This document shows positions 37,613 through 50,768 of a stretch of DNA of 56,672 nucleotides, in pieces (positions within the stretch are counted from its first letter, which is position 1; each line of letters opens with the position of its first letter). The position numbers were made by a program, and so were the translations under genes. The stretch comes from Lama guanicoe (taxonomy: Eukaryota), in NCBI GenBank assembly GCA_013239625.1, contig MU056050.1, forward strand, positions 7,686,483 to 7,743,154. The letters run 5' to 3'. Under the pieces are notes generated by a model. It saw only the letters and a list, made by a program, of their open reading frames with translations, did no database searches and was not told the DNA's origin.

Positions 37613-38081
37613 AACTCAGTAGACCTTACACTAGCAGATTTTTAGAAATTTCCCAATGGCCAACAAACCAAACAGAGCCCTTGACCTATATCACAAACCT
37701 AGACTCAAGAAAAAAAGAAAGACATGTACGGATGGAGCAGATGAAGCATTTCCATTCTGTAGATCAGCACAGAAGGCTAGGAAGAGTTCCTGAGAGGCTG
37801 AAAAGTAATTACACTTCTACTCTGGATCCACATCTTAACCACAAGGAGTGTGTTCTGCAGGCTCTATTTCTTAACTGAGGGTAATTACAAGAAGTTAAAA
37901 CTAGATTAGAGACAATTAGAGCCTATGCAAGAGAGAACTCTGTGGGTGGTTAGGAAGGGTGTAGGAAAAACCAGCTGAGAAAGTGTTTCCCACACTGCTT
38001 GGCATTCTTTGACTCAAGTTATAGGAAGAGGCTTTTTTTGGGGGAGGAGTCTACCAGTGTTACCAGTGGAATGAGGTAAAT

Positions 38082-38117
38082 ACACACACACATACACACA
38101 CACACACACACACACAT
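38082..38117 (+). repeat. (AC)n microsatellite
   Basis: Visible tandem repeat. Confidence 0.95.
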
Positions 38118-38254
38118 ACTCATTCACATCACTGACAGCCAATAAAGATTACCTTTCATCAGGTCAAAGTTCTTCATAGGCCAGAAGCACATAAATGGAA
38201 ACAAAGAGGAAAGAAAGTTGGGGGTTGCATTACAATTTAACTGAATATGTCTTA

Positions 38255-40325
38255 ATGATCAAGTGGGTTTCATCCCAGGGACACAAAGGTGGTTCAACAT
38301 ATGCAAATCAATCAATGTAATACATCACGTCAACAAAACAAAGGACAAAACCCACATGATCATCTCAATCGATGCAGAAAAAGCATTTGACAAAATTCAA
38401 CACCCATTTATGATAAAAACTCTCGCCAAAGTTGGTATAGAGGGAACATATCTCAACATAATAAAAGCTATATATGACAAGCCTATAGCCAGCATAGTTC
38501 TCAACGGTGAAAAACTCAAAAGCTTCCCACTAAAATCTGGGACAAGACAAAGCTGCCCACTATCACCACTCCTCCTCAACATAGTCTTGGAAGTCCTAGC
38601 CACAGCAATGAGACAAGAGAGAGAAATAAAAGGGATCCAAATTGGAAAAGAAGAGGTAAAAATGTCACTATGTGCCAACGACATGTTACTATATGTAGAA
38701 AACCCTAAAAGGTCCACACAAAAACTACCAGAGCTGATCAAAGAATTCAGCAAGGTAGCAGGTTACAAAATTAATGTTCAAAAATCAGTTGCATTTCTTT
38801 ACACTAACGATAAATCAACAGGAAAAGAAAGTAAAGAAACAATCCCCTTTAAAATAGCACCCAAAGTAATAAAATACCTAGGATTAAATCTAACCAAAGA
38901 GGTGAAAGACTTATACACAGAGAACAATAAAACACTGATTAAGGAAATTAAAGAAGACTTAAAAAATGGAAAGATATCCCATGATCCCGGATTGGAAGAA
39001 TCAATATTGTTAAAATGGTCATACTGCCCAAGGCAATCTACAGATTCAATGCAATCCCTAACAAATTACCCAGGACATATTTCACAGAACTAGAACAAAT
39101 CATAATAAAATTTATATGGAACCATAGAAAACATAGGCAAAACATTATCTCACATACATCTCAAAAATGTTCTCCTAGGGCAGTCTACCTAAGCAATAGA
39201 AATAAAAGCAAGAGTAAACAAATGGGACCTAATTAAACTTATGAGCCATAAATAACATACCATCAATAAAACAAAAGACAACCTACGGAATGGGAGAAAA
39301 TTTTTGCAAGTGAAACTGGCAAAGGCTTGATCTCCAGAATATACAAGCAGCTCATATGACTTAAAAAGAAAAAAACAAACAACCTAATCCAAAAATGGAC
39401 AAAAGACCTAAACAAGCAATTCTCCAAGGAAGACATACAAATGATCAAAAGGCACATGAAAAACTGCTCAATATCACTAATTATCAGAGAAATGCAAATC
39501 AAAACTACAATGAGGTATCACTTCACATCAGCCAGAATTTCCATCATTCAAAAGTCCACAGATGACAAATGCTGGAGAGGCTGTGGAGAAAAGGGAACCC
39601 TCCTACACTGCTGATGGGAATGCAGTTTGGTGCAGCCACTGTGGAGAACAGTATGGAGATTCCTCAAAAGACTAGCAATAGACTTACCATATGACCCAGG
39701 AATCCCACTCCTGGGCTTGTATCCAGAAGGAAATCTACTTCAGGATGACACCTCCACCCCAATGTTCATAGCAGCACTATTTACAATAGCCAAGACATGG
39801 AAACAGCCCAAATGTCCATCGACAGATGACGGATAAAGAAGAAGTGGTATGTTTATACAATGGAATACTATTTAGCCATAAAAACCGACACCATGACGCC
39901 ATTTGCAGCAACATGGATGTTCCTGGAGAATGTCATTCTAAGTGAAGTAAGCCAGAAAGAGAAAGAAAAATACCATATGAGATCACTAATATGTGGAATC
40001 AAAAACAAAACAAAACAAAAGATAAATACAAAACAGAAACAGACTCTTAGACATAGAATACAAACTGGTGGTTGCCAGGGGGGAGGGGGATGGGAAGGGA
40101 CAGACTGGGAGTTCGAAATTTGTAGACACTGACAAACATATGTAGAATAGATAAACAAAATTATACTGTATAGCACAGGGAAATTTATACAAGATCTGGT
40201 GGTAATTCACAGCAAAAAAGAATGCGACAATGAATATATGTATGTTCATGTTAACTGAAAAATTGTGCTCTACACTGGAAATTGACACAACATTGTAAAC
40301 TGACTATAACTCACTAAAAACAAAT
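38255..40325 (+). mobile_element. 5'-truncated, internally deleted young LINE-1 (ORF2 RT domain to 3' UTR), non-functional
   Basis: ORF 38263-39093 ([21 protein letters not shown]...[13 protein letters not shown]...[12 protein letters not shown]) is L1 reverse transcriptase. The catalytic motif reads CAND (38671-38682). Frameshift near 38965. Imperfect TSD AACTGAATATGTCTTA (38239-38254) / AATTGAAGATGTCTTA (40328-40343). Confidence 0.96.
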
Positions 40326-41512
40326 TCAATTGAAGATGTCTTATTTGAACTTATTTGTAGCCTATTTGAGCTATTTTTTTATCCCACTTTGGATCTAGAT
40401 TCTGTGGGAGAGAGATGGTGTGCATATGATCTTCCCTTTAAGGAGTTTCCAACTCTATTTGAGGATTCTGGTGTGGCTAGAGCATAAAGGAGGAGAAGGA
40501 GACTGGCGAGGGGTGAGCTCAATAGGTAGCCACAAGTCAAGCTGAGGAGTCTGACTCCATCCCGGGGGCACTGGAGAACCATGGAGAGTTATAAACATGG
40601 AGAGGATAGGGTTAAGTTTTGGTTTTAGAAGATACATCTGGCCACTGTTTGGAGGGTGGTTGAGGGGGCATGGAAAGGAGCAAGGTTAGGGGACTCAGTC
40701 AGAGCTGCCTGTGGAGGGAGCTGGGGGTGTCTATGACCAGGAGGAGGAAGCTGGGGAGGAGGGGCCAGTGTAGGTAGAAAAAAGTGACTTACTTTACTCT
40801 CTTCGTCCACCAAACATCCATTGCTTTGAGTAGTTATTGATTCATTCAATCAACAAATAATTATTTTGCATCTGTGCAGAGCAACATGATAGGGGACATT
40901 AAGAGGAATAAGGATGATGTTACTTCAGTCTTCAAAGGGTTTGATTAATTAACTGTTCAAGTGAGTGGAACAACAGAAGGTGAGATAAGTGTGCATGAAC
41001 CATGAGAAGAGGCACAGTGAAGGGCCCCTAAGTTTGAATGGGTATGGTGACTATGCATGTATGTAGTGGTGTGTATGTGTGTGTGCATGTGTACACATAA
41101 GCACATTGGGCACATGCACATAATGAAATAAAAAGCCTTAGCACCAACATATATTTCTATAACAGAGAGAGAGAGAGAGAAAGAGACAGGGACAGAGACA
41201 GAGACAGAGAGATACTTTTGTGACAAGCAAACTTGGGTCTTGAATTTTCCCCTAAAAGACATCTAAATATGGTAGAATAGCCAGACAGAGTCACATTTGT
41301 CTGGCAAGCTTAATTTTACCACGCAAGGATTAACCTGAAAGTCTCAAGGGCATTAGGCTGTAGGAACTGAGGGAAGGTCCCTCCTCTGCTGGTTATTTCC
41401 CTGGACGGAAGCAGTGGTCTGAGCCTCTAAATACTCAGCCTAGTGCTTGAGTTCCTTCACAGAAGCCCAGGCTGCTCCAAGAAAAAAGATTCTCTGGGGA
41501 TGGTGATGGCCA

Positions 41513-42461
41513 TTAGGTTTCCTTAGTATATGCCCATTGACTCATGAGCCTCCTTACTGCATTTTTAACATCTTTGTTTCTCAGGCTGTACACAATGGGG
41601 TTGACCATGGGAGTGACCACAGTGCAGAGCACGGAGAAGATCTTGTTAAGGGCAGCAGCCTGGGTTGCTGTGGGAATGGCATACACTGTTCCCAGTGTTC
41701 CATAGTACAGAGTTACCACTATGAGGTGGGAGGAGCAGGTGGAGAAGGCCTGTTGCTTTCCTGCAGTTGATGAAATCTTGAAGACAGCAGCAACAATGTG
41801 GATATAGGAGGCTACAGTGAGTAGGAAGGGCACCATGGTAATGAAGGAGGCCAGGATGAAAGTGGTTTTCTCTACTGTCTCAGTATCAGAACAGGCCAGC
41901 TTTATCACTGGGGCAAGATCACAGAAGAAGTGGTCAATCTTATAGGCTGCACAGAATGGCAACTGGAAAGTCATGGTGACAGTGACCACAGGGGTTAGGA
42001 AGCCACGCAGCCAAGACCCACCTGCAAACAGGAAACGTGTGTGGATGAGGGATGAGTACTGGAGGGGGCTGCAGATGGCCAGGTAGCGGTCATAAGACAT
42101 GGCTGCCAGTAGAAAACACTCAACTACTGCCATTGACCCGAAGAAGTAAAACTGGGCCACACAACCTACAAAAGAAATCACCTCAGGACCTGAGAGAAGG
42201 GTCTGCAGCATCTTAGGGGCAATGGAGGTAGTGTACCAGATCTCAAGGAAGGAGAAATTGGACAGAAAGAAGTACATAGGGGTTTGGAGGCTGTGGTCAA
42301 GGGAAATGACTGTAAGGATAAGAATATTCCCTAGCAAGGTCACTACATAGATTCCCAGAAATATCCCAAAAAGAAAAAAACTGTAACCCATGGAGACTCC
42401 CAAATCCCAGGAGGAGAAATTCTTTGATCATGGTCAGATTACCCATATCTGTGAGATTCAT
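41513..42461 (-). pseudogene. Class II olfactory receptor (OR11-like, tentative), frameshifted; young pseudogene or assembly error
   Basis: ATG at 42461 gives MNLTDMGNLTMIKEFLLLGFGSLHGLQFF. One extra base in the A7 run (42374-42380) shifts into the track ORF, which has GNILI, LQTPMYFFLSNFS, MSYDRYLAIC, IDHFFCD, AFSTCSSHL and PMVNPIVYSLRNKDVK, and stops at 41513-41515. Confidence 0.9.
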
Positions 42462-42470
42462 GCTTTAGAC

Positions 42471-42490
42471 CTAGAGAAAGAAGAGAAATA
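42471..42490 (-). promoter_or_regulatory. Splice acceptor of the OR coding exon
   Basis: Minus strand TATTTCTCTTCTTTCTCTAG|GTCTAAAGC-ATG: polypyrimidine tract and AG 9 nt before the start codon, the usual OR gene layout. Confidence 0.7.
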
Positions 42491-44074
42491 CAGCCAGTTG
42501 GAAAAAGTATTATGTTATCAGAGAAGGGCAACAGCACCAGAAATACCAAATAGTATAAAACTCAGAGGCCCTGTCTTTTCTCCTCTGGAACAAATTTTCT
42601 GTTTTGTTCTACTAGATGTATTTACCTAATAGTTACAGTAGAATCAGAAACTATGCCCTGGAGAGTTATAAAAGAGGGCGTCTCCTTTTCTCTTTTCCAT
42701 TCTTCCTTGACATAACTGGTGATGATTCTACCTTTGGGAGTCTCACAGTGGGAGGCAAACACCTCTCAATGGGGACATGGTGCAGAAGCTTCTCTAAATT
42801 TCTGAAACACAGCTTTTAAGACTTAATGGAAATGTTAGTCCAAAACTGTAAAATAACATTGGAATTCACATGACCCTAACTCCCACTGAATCCCTAAGTC
42901 AGGGTGGGTTTCACCAAGAATGTAATTGGAGGGAGGAGGGGAATTCAGAACTATTGATCTTAAAGTACCTGTAAGAAAAATAAGAGTTTCTGCCAGACTC
43001 TGGGGATGTGTAGCTGATTGCTTCCATGGCATCGAATTCCTATGGAAATTGGAGGGAAATGTATGTAAAGTTATTCACTCGAAATGTTAGAGAAAAATAA
43101 TGTTCCATCCTTCATAAATGAAAATGACATTCCTGACTCACAAGCAGTAGGATGTGCATTTAGTTTTTCTTTTTCCAGCAGCACGGATGGGTTAGCAGTG
43201 AGTCATAGATGCAACTCCCCTGTCCCCACAAGCCCCTCTACCCTAACCCTGGAGCTTAGAGGCATATTTTTGAAATGGCTGGCTGGTCTTAGTGCCTGGG
43301 CTGTGTGATAAGATTAACAATTGGTCTATGTTGTGGCCTAAACTAAGGGTAAGTGTGAGGCCAGAATTAGGAGCTTAGTTCAGTTGATGTTCTAGGTTGT
43401 GGCCAGGGAATAGAACAAAGACATCTTTGCTGCTTTGCTTTCGGTAGAGACAATGTGTCCCTAAAAGGTTACAGCTAAGTTATATTTTGTAAATAAAATT
43501 CTATTTTAAATCCACTCAGGAAACTGGCTATTCAGAGGACTCTTATTAAGAATGCTTCTGTGACATGAAAGAATTTCTACATAATTTACCCTTTGTACCA
43601 ATATGGATTATTAATACACTGAGCTTGTGTTAAGGAAGATCCACCTGTAATAGGGGTATTCAGGATATTTAGGGTGCCTAAGGTGGTACTGAATATAATT
43701 ATAGTGTGTAAGGAAAATCAATCTGCAACTAGAGTTGTCCCTGGGGGTGAAAACTGCTTCCTAATTGGGGGATTAAACTGCAGTGTCCTATTACCTACCA
43801 TTTTACCTTGTCTTCAGGGACTGGCAGCCAGCATTCAGAATCAAAATTAACATCATTAGATTTTTATTATTCAATCCCAAGTCTCATTAATTAATAATGA
43901 ATAAAGTTGATTTTCTCTTTTGGTTTACAGGCATGCTCCTTGGTGCCTCCAAGTTTAAGGGTGCATCAACCCCCCTAAATCCTCTTTCATCTTCTCTTTT
44001 CTTGCAGTGAAGATAGATTAATGTCATCACAAAAGAAAGGTTTCAGCTCAGAATTCTATTCATTCTTTCAATCA

Positions 44075-44925
44075 GTAGTTTATTTACTCAGCACATATTT
44101 TTGGACACCTACTATGTGTCATGTATTGGGCTAGGTAGGCATTGGAGATAAAATTAAGAAGAGGAAATTCATGGTCTCAGTGTTCCCAGAGCTTACATCC
44201 TAGAAGCAGGGGTGATCTTTAAAATAACTGTAACACTACTATTGCGATCAATACTATGAGGGAGAAATACAGGGTCCTAATACAAAAATAATATATCTGG
44301 AGAGGTGACCTCATTTTGGTAGGATGGTTAGCAAAGATCTCTCTGAAGAGGAAGTCATATTTAAGCTAAGATTTGATGGATATGGAGTAGCCAGCTATAA
44401 GAACAGTCAGAGGGGAGGTATTACAGGTAGGGAGGCAGCATGTGCAAAGGCCCTGAGTGAGACAAGTACTTGAATACTGGAAGAATTAAAACAAACAAGC
44501 AAACAGCAAAAACAACAACTGTGGCCAGAGGGCAACAGGTAATGCAGGTGAGGGAAAGAGTGATAGGAGGTGAGTTTGTAGAATGCGTGATGTGATTTAC
44601 ATTTTGAAAAGCTCCCTCAGGCTTCTACGTGGAGGGTGCAAGGAGTTAAAAGGGAAAGTGAGAAAACTGATGAGGAAACTAATATAGTAATCCAGATAAG
44701 AGACAGTAGCTAGGATTAAGTTGGGCTGGAGTAAGGTGGATTAATTTTAAGGCTTTTTGCATAGTAGAATTGATACATATTTTTGTTCTTTTCTGCATGA
44801 ATATTAAACTTTAATAAAAAGTTTATTCTAATGAAATGACATGGATTGCATAAAAAGAGGGTGGCTTAAGCAACTGCATGGATGATCATGTCTATTCCTG
44901 AGATGGGTGGACTAAGTAGGTAATT
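44075..44925 (-). mobile_element. LINE-2 remnant
   Basis: CACCTACTATGTGTCA...CAGCATGTGCAAAGGCCCTGAG...GATTTACATTTTGAAAAGCTC...CTGAGATGGG. Confidence 0.8.
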
Positions 44926-44944
44926 TAGTTTGAGGAGAATTTTC

Positions 44945-45097
44945 TCCCTTCCTTCCTTCCTTCCTTCCTTCCTCCCTCCCTCCCTCCCTTCCTTCCTTTC
45001 CTTCCTTTCCTTCTTTCTTTCTTTCTTTCTTTCTTTTTTTCTTTCTTTCTTTCTCTCTCTCTCTCCTTCCTTCCTTCCATCCTTCTTTCCTTCCTTT
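44945..45097 (+). repeat. Compound (TTCC)n/(TCCC)n/(TTTC)n microsatellite
   Basis: Visible tandem repeats. Confidence 0.97.
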
Positions 45098-46252
45098 TTG
45101 ATAGATCTACTGGGCTGTGATCCATTCCTGGGATGATCACTTCAATCCGCATATGGATCAGTAATCTGGTAATAGACAGAGCCCCAGCTCTGAGAGACAG
45201 CTCTCACTGTGGCCACACAACAAGCTCTTAAGCAAAAGTCTGACAAACTCTTGTCCTTGGTCTCAAAAGGGACCAGGGAAGGGAGGGAAAGTGTCAGTGT
45301 AACCTTTACTTACTCTGTAAAAATTGCCCAAAGTACAGGGTGAGCGATCGCATATCAGGAACATCCTCTGCATATGAAGCACAGAAAAGCACAATTTCAT
45401 GGGGAACTGTTAGACTCCCGTCAATGTGAGGCTCAGTGAAACCTTCATTAATGGCAATTCAACTACCCAGAGCTATCAATTATCTGAGATTCTTAAAAAT
45501 TCTGTTTTTTCTCATTTTGCTTTTGCATGAAGGAGACAGATAATGAAATGAACTCAGTCAAGAAAACAATTTCTACGAGATATCCTGGGGTTGGAATATA
45601 TTCAGTCCTACTCTTTTTCCCTTAATTTCATCTTTAGTTCTGGTCAATCAGAATTAATGCTCAAAATAATGGCTGGAGGCTCTGAAAGATCCTCAATCAG
45701 TAAAGAGTGATTCAAGTATATCATTTATACTTGATTTACTAAGTCGGGACAGTGGACTCAGATAGCTTGGTGGGATATTTCTTTTTCTTAGCCAACACAA
45801 TGGAAAACAGCTTTATTCTTAACCTTCAGTTACCCAGAAAATCTAATTAAACATATTCCCTTTCCCCCTTTCCTGTGGTATTCTCTTAATCAGGGTTTGT
45901 CTTGGTATTAATTCTCCTATGTGCTTATAATCACTAAAAAAGATATTAATTAACATGAAAAATTGTTGCCTAATATTAAATAAAACCCCCAAATTCACCT
46001 CCCTCACCATCTCCAAGATGCTAATAGTTGCAAAAGTGTAATCATAAAATTGAAAGTGTAGCAACATAACTAGGGAGTAAGAAACTAACTATAGAAGCCC
46101 AAACTCATTACCTCTTCTAGAGTCAATCCAGGAAAACCTCTTGGAAAAGGGGATAGTGAGGAGGACTCTGAAGAATTGCTGAAGGTTAACTGCTCTAGAG
46201 GAAAAATATACAGCTTGAAAAAGAAGAGCAATTATCTGGCTGTACCTATCAG

Positions 46253-46884
46253 ATACCATAGGATACAGCAATCCCACTTCTGGGTATATATTCAATGTAA
46301 ATTAAATCAATATCTCAAGGAGGTATTTGCATACCCATGCTAATTACAGCTTTATTCATAATAGTCAAGATATGAAAACAACCTAAATGTCCATTGGTGG
46401 ATTGACAAATAAAGAAAATGTGGTATGTATATAAATGGAATATTATTCAGTCCTAAAATGAAGGAAATTTTGCCATTTGCAACACCATGGATGAACCTAG
46501 AGGGCATTATGCTAAGTGAAATAAATCAGACACAGAAAGACAAATGCTGTGTGATCTCACTTATATGTGGAATCTAAAAAAGATGACCTATAGAACCAGA
46601 GAGTAGAACCATGGTTACCAGGGTCTGGGTGTGTAGGGTGGGGAAAATGGGAAGATGTTGGTCAAAAGGTACAAACTTTCAGTTATAAGATGAATAATGA
46701 ACAGCACGGTGACTATAGCTAATAACACTGCACTGTGTACTTGAAATTTGCTAAAAGAGTAGATTTTAGGTGTCCTAACCACAAAAAAGAGGTAACTATG
46801 TGAGGTGATGAGTGTGTTAACTTGATTGTGGTCATCATTTCACAATGTATACATACATTAAATCATCATGTTATACATCTTAAA
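46253..46884 (+). mobile_element. LINE-1 (L1MA-like) 3' end
   Basis: CAGCAATCCCACTTCTGGGTATAT...TGGATGAACCTAGAGGGCATTATGCTAAGTGAAATAA...GGTACAAACTTTCAGTTATAAGATGAATAA. Confidence 0.92.
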
Positions 46885-49800
46885 ACAATCAGAAACCCAG
46901 TGCTCTCCCTTTCTTTACACCTCCAGATCTATCCATTAAAAATATAAGTGACAAACATATAACATGCAAATGTGCCCTTCGATCTAAATTTATTCTCCCC
47001 AAAGTTATACTATACAGATATCAGGGAAATTGTTTAATGATATCAAGGATAACTGGTAGGTACAGAAGATCATCTTAGTAGCCCAGTCCTCACTATTTAG
47101 GTCATCCCTCGGTCCAAATACATATAAACCTGTTCCTGAAAGTGGTATCTGAGAGATACTAGGCTGGTGAACAGGAAAACTACCCAGAAAGAGAGTCTTT
47201 GGAAAAGCAGAGTAGAGAAGAAATCCTTAACTCGTACTCTACTAGCTCTTCTGCCAATAGATGAAGCGTTTTTTTTTTTTGTCAAAAAACTTACTGTAAG
47301 TAGTGTCTTGAATAATTCAAGTTTGTGCCAGGCAACAGGAAAATTTGGTTAAAAGTTTATTTTTCTTTGAACAGAACTTGTGGAACATTATAGATAACTC
47401 ACTTTTAAAAGGAATCACACCTTAATATTAGAAACCCCTTGGTGTCCAGGGAAATGATTTTGTTATTTGTGGTTTTGCACCTTGAGACCTAGAGAAAGAC
47501 ATTATTGAAACCTGGGGATAGGCATTGCTGAGATGCCTGAAACAAACAATATTGAGACCCAGAAACAGACTGGGAGATAAGCATTATTGAGACCTGGTGA
47601 CAGATATTTCTAATTAAACTATATTCTTTGGTGCCTAATACTTTTTTCCCAATTCTGTTCCATTTGTCAACACGACAGACAATGAAATAGGCCAGGAAAT
47701 ATCTTGGGCCAAATGATATGTGATGTGTCATTATGTGACATACCTAGACTAAATGTGAAGAATGGCAGCAATTATCCTAGTAAGTAGTGCCGAGAATAAT
47801 GGCTCATACTTTTTTTGGTCCCAACTGCCAAAATACTTCATATAAAAATGTGAGAGATCTAAATTATCTGTATAAATATCTAAGTTCCTCATTTAACCTA
47901 TCAATGTAGACTCTAATTATGGTTATTGCTTTATAGCAAAAATCTGAAATTGATAGAGTTCAGAAAACATTCCATTAATAAACCATTCTAGAGTTATATA
48001 TTTTTCTAATTGACTATGTTCATCTTGTCCTCTAAGTAAAGAAATAGCATTTGGTAATCTTTCTATGCCTGCTCGATTTCCTTATATTCAGAAGAACTGA
48101 AACATTTGTTCCATCATTTTAATACTCATATGCTCATATACTTATGGTGCTACAAATTTGAATAGTGGTGACATTTATTTTCTTGCATCTTTCATTTATT
48201 GTCCTGGTGTTTGACTTTAACAATGGAGAAAACCTCAGTACCTCTCCTACTCACTGCTCTCTAAATACCCACCTTGCAGCATTCAAGAGCACTATCTGTC
48301 ACCACTCAAATTTTATTTTTGAAACTTTCTGCTCCTAGACTCCTCTTCTTCACTGATTGTGACAAATTTACAGTTTTTAAAATTGTTCTCCTCTGATCTC
48401 CTTCACATATCTAACATAAGAATGAGTCCCCAGTAGCATATTAATAAATGTTTATTGGTATGACTTTCTTCCCACCCCAGCCAAAATCTACAAGCTGTAT
48501 TTTCGTCACTGCTGATAGAAATCCTGATAGATTTTTCTTACTTCTCATTATCCTTTTCCTGTACAGAAGGGCTGGCCCATAACCCTATGGTCTGGATGCT
48601 TTGTTCATCTTGAGAGAGAATCAGAATCTACCATTAAGAGCATTCTCAGTCTAGTTGCTGCTCTAACTGCTCAACTTAATATCCCGCCTTAACTTCCTCC
48701 CATTAGGGAGTCAGGTCCTGTCTGCTTGCTCAATATGTTGTTCTCATGAAGATCAATTTCCCTTAAGCCTGTTTCCCAAGGGTAATGTTCTCCTCCTCCA
48801 CTAAGAAAGTTAAATAAAGTGGTAGAGTATACAAAGAGCATCCAGAATGTCTCTTGCCAACAAATTTCTTACCAAATCCTGAACTCTGAAGTTTATGGGT
48901 TCAGAGGAGCCAATTATTACTATGAAGCCAGACTTCTCTGTTGTGATTAACTGAGTCAACCTTCAGCAACACTGGGATATTGGGAAAGGTTTATCTGAAG
49001 CTATACTTTCTCTTTCTTTCTCTAGCACATTCCACCTTGCTTGATCCCTGTTTCATATTGTCTCTGAACCCTTTCCTTTTCTCGCCACCTCTAGTTCAGT
49101 ACTTCAGAAAGTCCTTTTCAAAATATTTCCTCTTTTATTTGTAGTAAAATATATATCTATTTTTGAAGCACTTACTTAATATGAAACTGAGTATAGACCT
49201 GTGATGGAAATATTTGTACCTAGTAGACACACAATATTTGCTGACTAAATAAAGATCCAGAAATACAATTGCTTCCTCTTGAGTATGGTTAGTACTGAAT
49301 CAATAGTTAAAAAAAGCATTTCCAAACTTCTACTCCCTCCTTTTGGTTCAATACCACTAGGAGACCCCTTTCAAAATATCAGTTCTTCTTTTCAGACTTT
49401 GATTTGTAGTTAAATTTCTAGAACTCATAGTGAATTTGGAATCCTCTGAATAGTGATCTACCAAGTTTCACTATTGCACTAGCTATGAAGGAAAAATTTA
49501 CTGAGAAAATTAATATTGCAAACAAGGTTGCAGGGGTCATGCTTAACCTCCTCAAGAGAATCTAGCATACCTAGTATAAATCAATATTGCTGATTACAAA
49601 TGGTTTATGTCTATTCATTAAAGCAAATGCCTCAAACATTTGACAACATTTAAAGCTGTTAATTTAAATTATTGAATATACTCAAGATGAAAATAGCTGC
49701 ATTTTAGATTTCCATTCTATTATTCAGTTAGAAAATGTTTACTAAATGCCTGCTACATGCATAGTCCCACTATGGGTATATCTTGAATTATATAATATAT

Positions 49801-50544
49801 GTGCTCCTTAACAAATATATACCTTTTAACTTTTGTAAAACTACTCCAATTTCAAATGCATTAGGTGGGCTTTCTAAGAAAAGAAGCCCTGTAGCAAATT
49901 TTAGAAAAGTGAGGAATATTTTGTAATATGACTACTTGTCTGATTGCTATATCTCTGTTTTAAGAATACAGAATTTTAGGTAGTAGATTTTCTTAAATGG
50001 AGTTATCCCTGTATTTAAACTGACTTTTATTGCCGATTATTTTACTGTTAATATGGGACCCTATATTTCTGTTTCAGATAGCATAAAGGAAACATCTACC
50101 ACTATATCCATAAAATCTCTTTGCTAAGACAAATTCAAGAAGCACACTTCTTTTTCTTTTTTTCCCCAAAACAGTGTTACCTCTTTCTCTAAAGAAGCCA
50201 TTAGGAGTAAAATCTGGCTCCATTCTTTCTAGAATGCAGCTTTGGGAAATTCACTAGATGCATTTTAAAGAACTTTCCTGTATCTTTGTTTCCTAGGGTA
50301 AAAATGAAGGGATTCATTCAGGGGGCAACCACATGGGACACAAGATAGATTGTCAGGTTCCCACACAGAGGACTCACTTCAGAGTAGACTGGGAAGTTGG
50401 AGAGAGCATTCTGACTTCCATGGGTGGTAGGGGATGGCTGTGTGGAAATCTGAACCAGAGTCTATAGGAAATGGTTCATATCCATTGTGCAAGTGCTGAA
50501 AAAAGGGATTTACTCTGGTGTATAGGTGTTGATTTATACAGGGG

Positions 50545-50768
50545 TAGTAGTTCAGCAGAGTGGAGAAAGCATGTGCTTTGAAGCCGTCAAATCCCAACTT
50601 AACCTTTTGCTAGTTGAGTGACCTTGGACAAACTTTAAGTTTGGGGCACTTCAGCTACCTCATCTGTAAAATGGAGACAATATCCACCTGAATAGGTTGT
50701 TGTGTGGTTTGAATATAAGTGCCTTTTATGCAAAACACCAGCTAAAAATAAGTGTTCAACAAATACTA
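50545..50768 (+). mobile_element. MIR SINE
   Basis: GTGACCTTGGACAAA...CTCATCTGTAAAATGGAGACAAT...GGTTGTTGTG. Confidence 0.82.

Noticed and set aside
38263..39093. Reverse transcriptase ORF as part of a novel RT-based system
   Set aside because: It is ordinary LINE-1 ORF2 with an L1 3' UTR and TSD, truncated and catalytically mutated.
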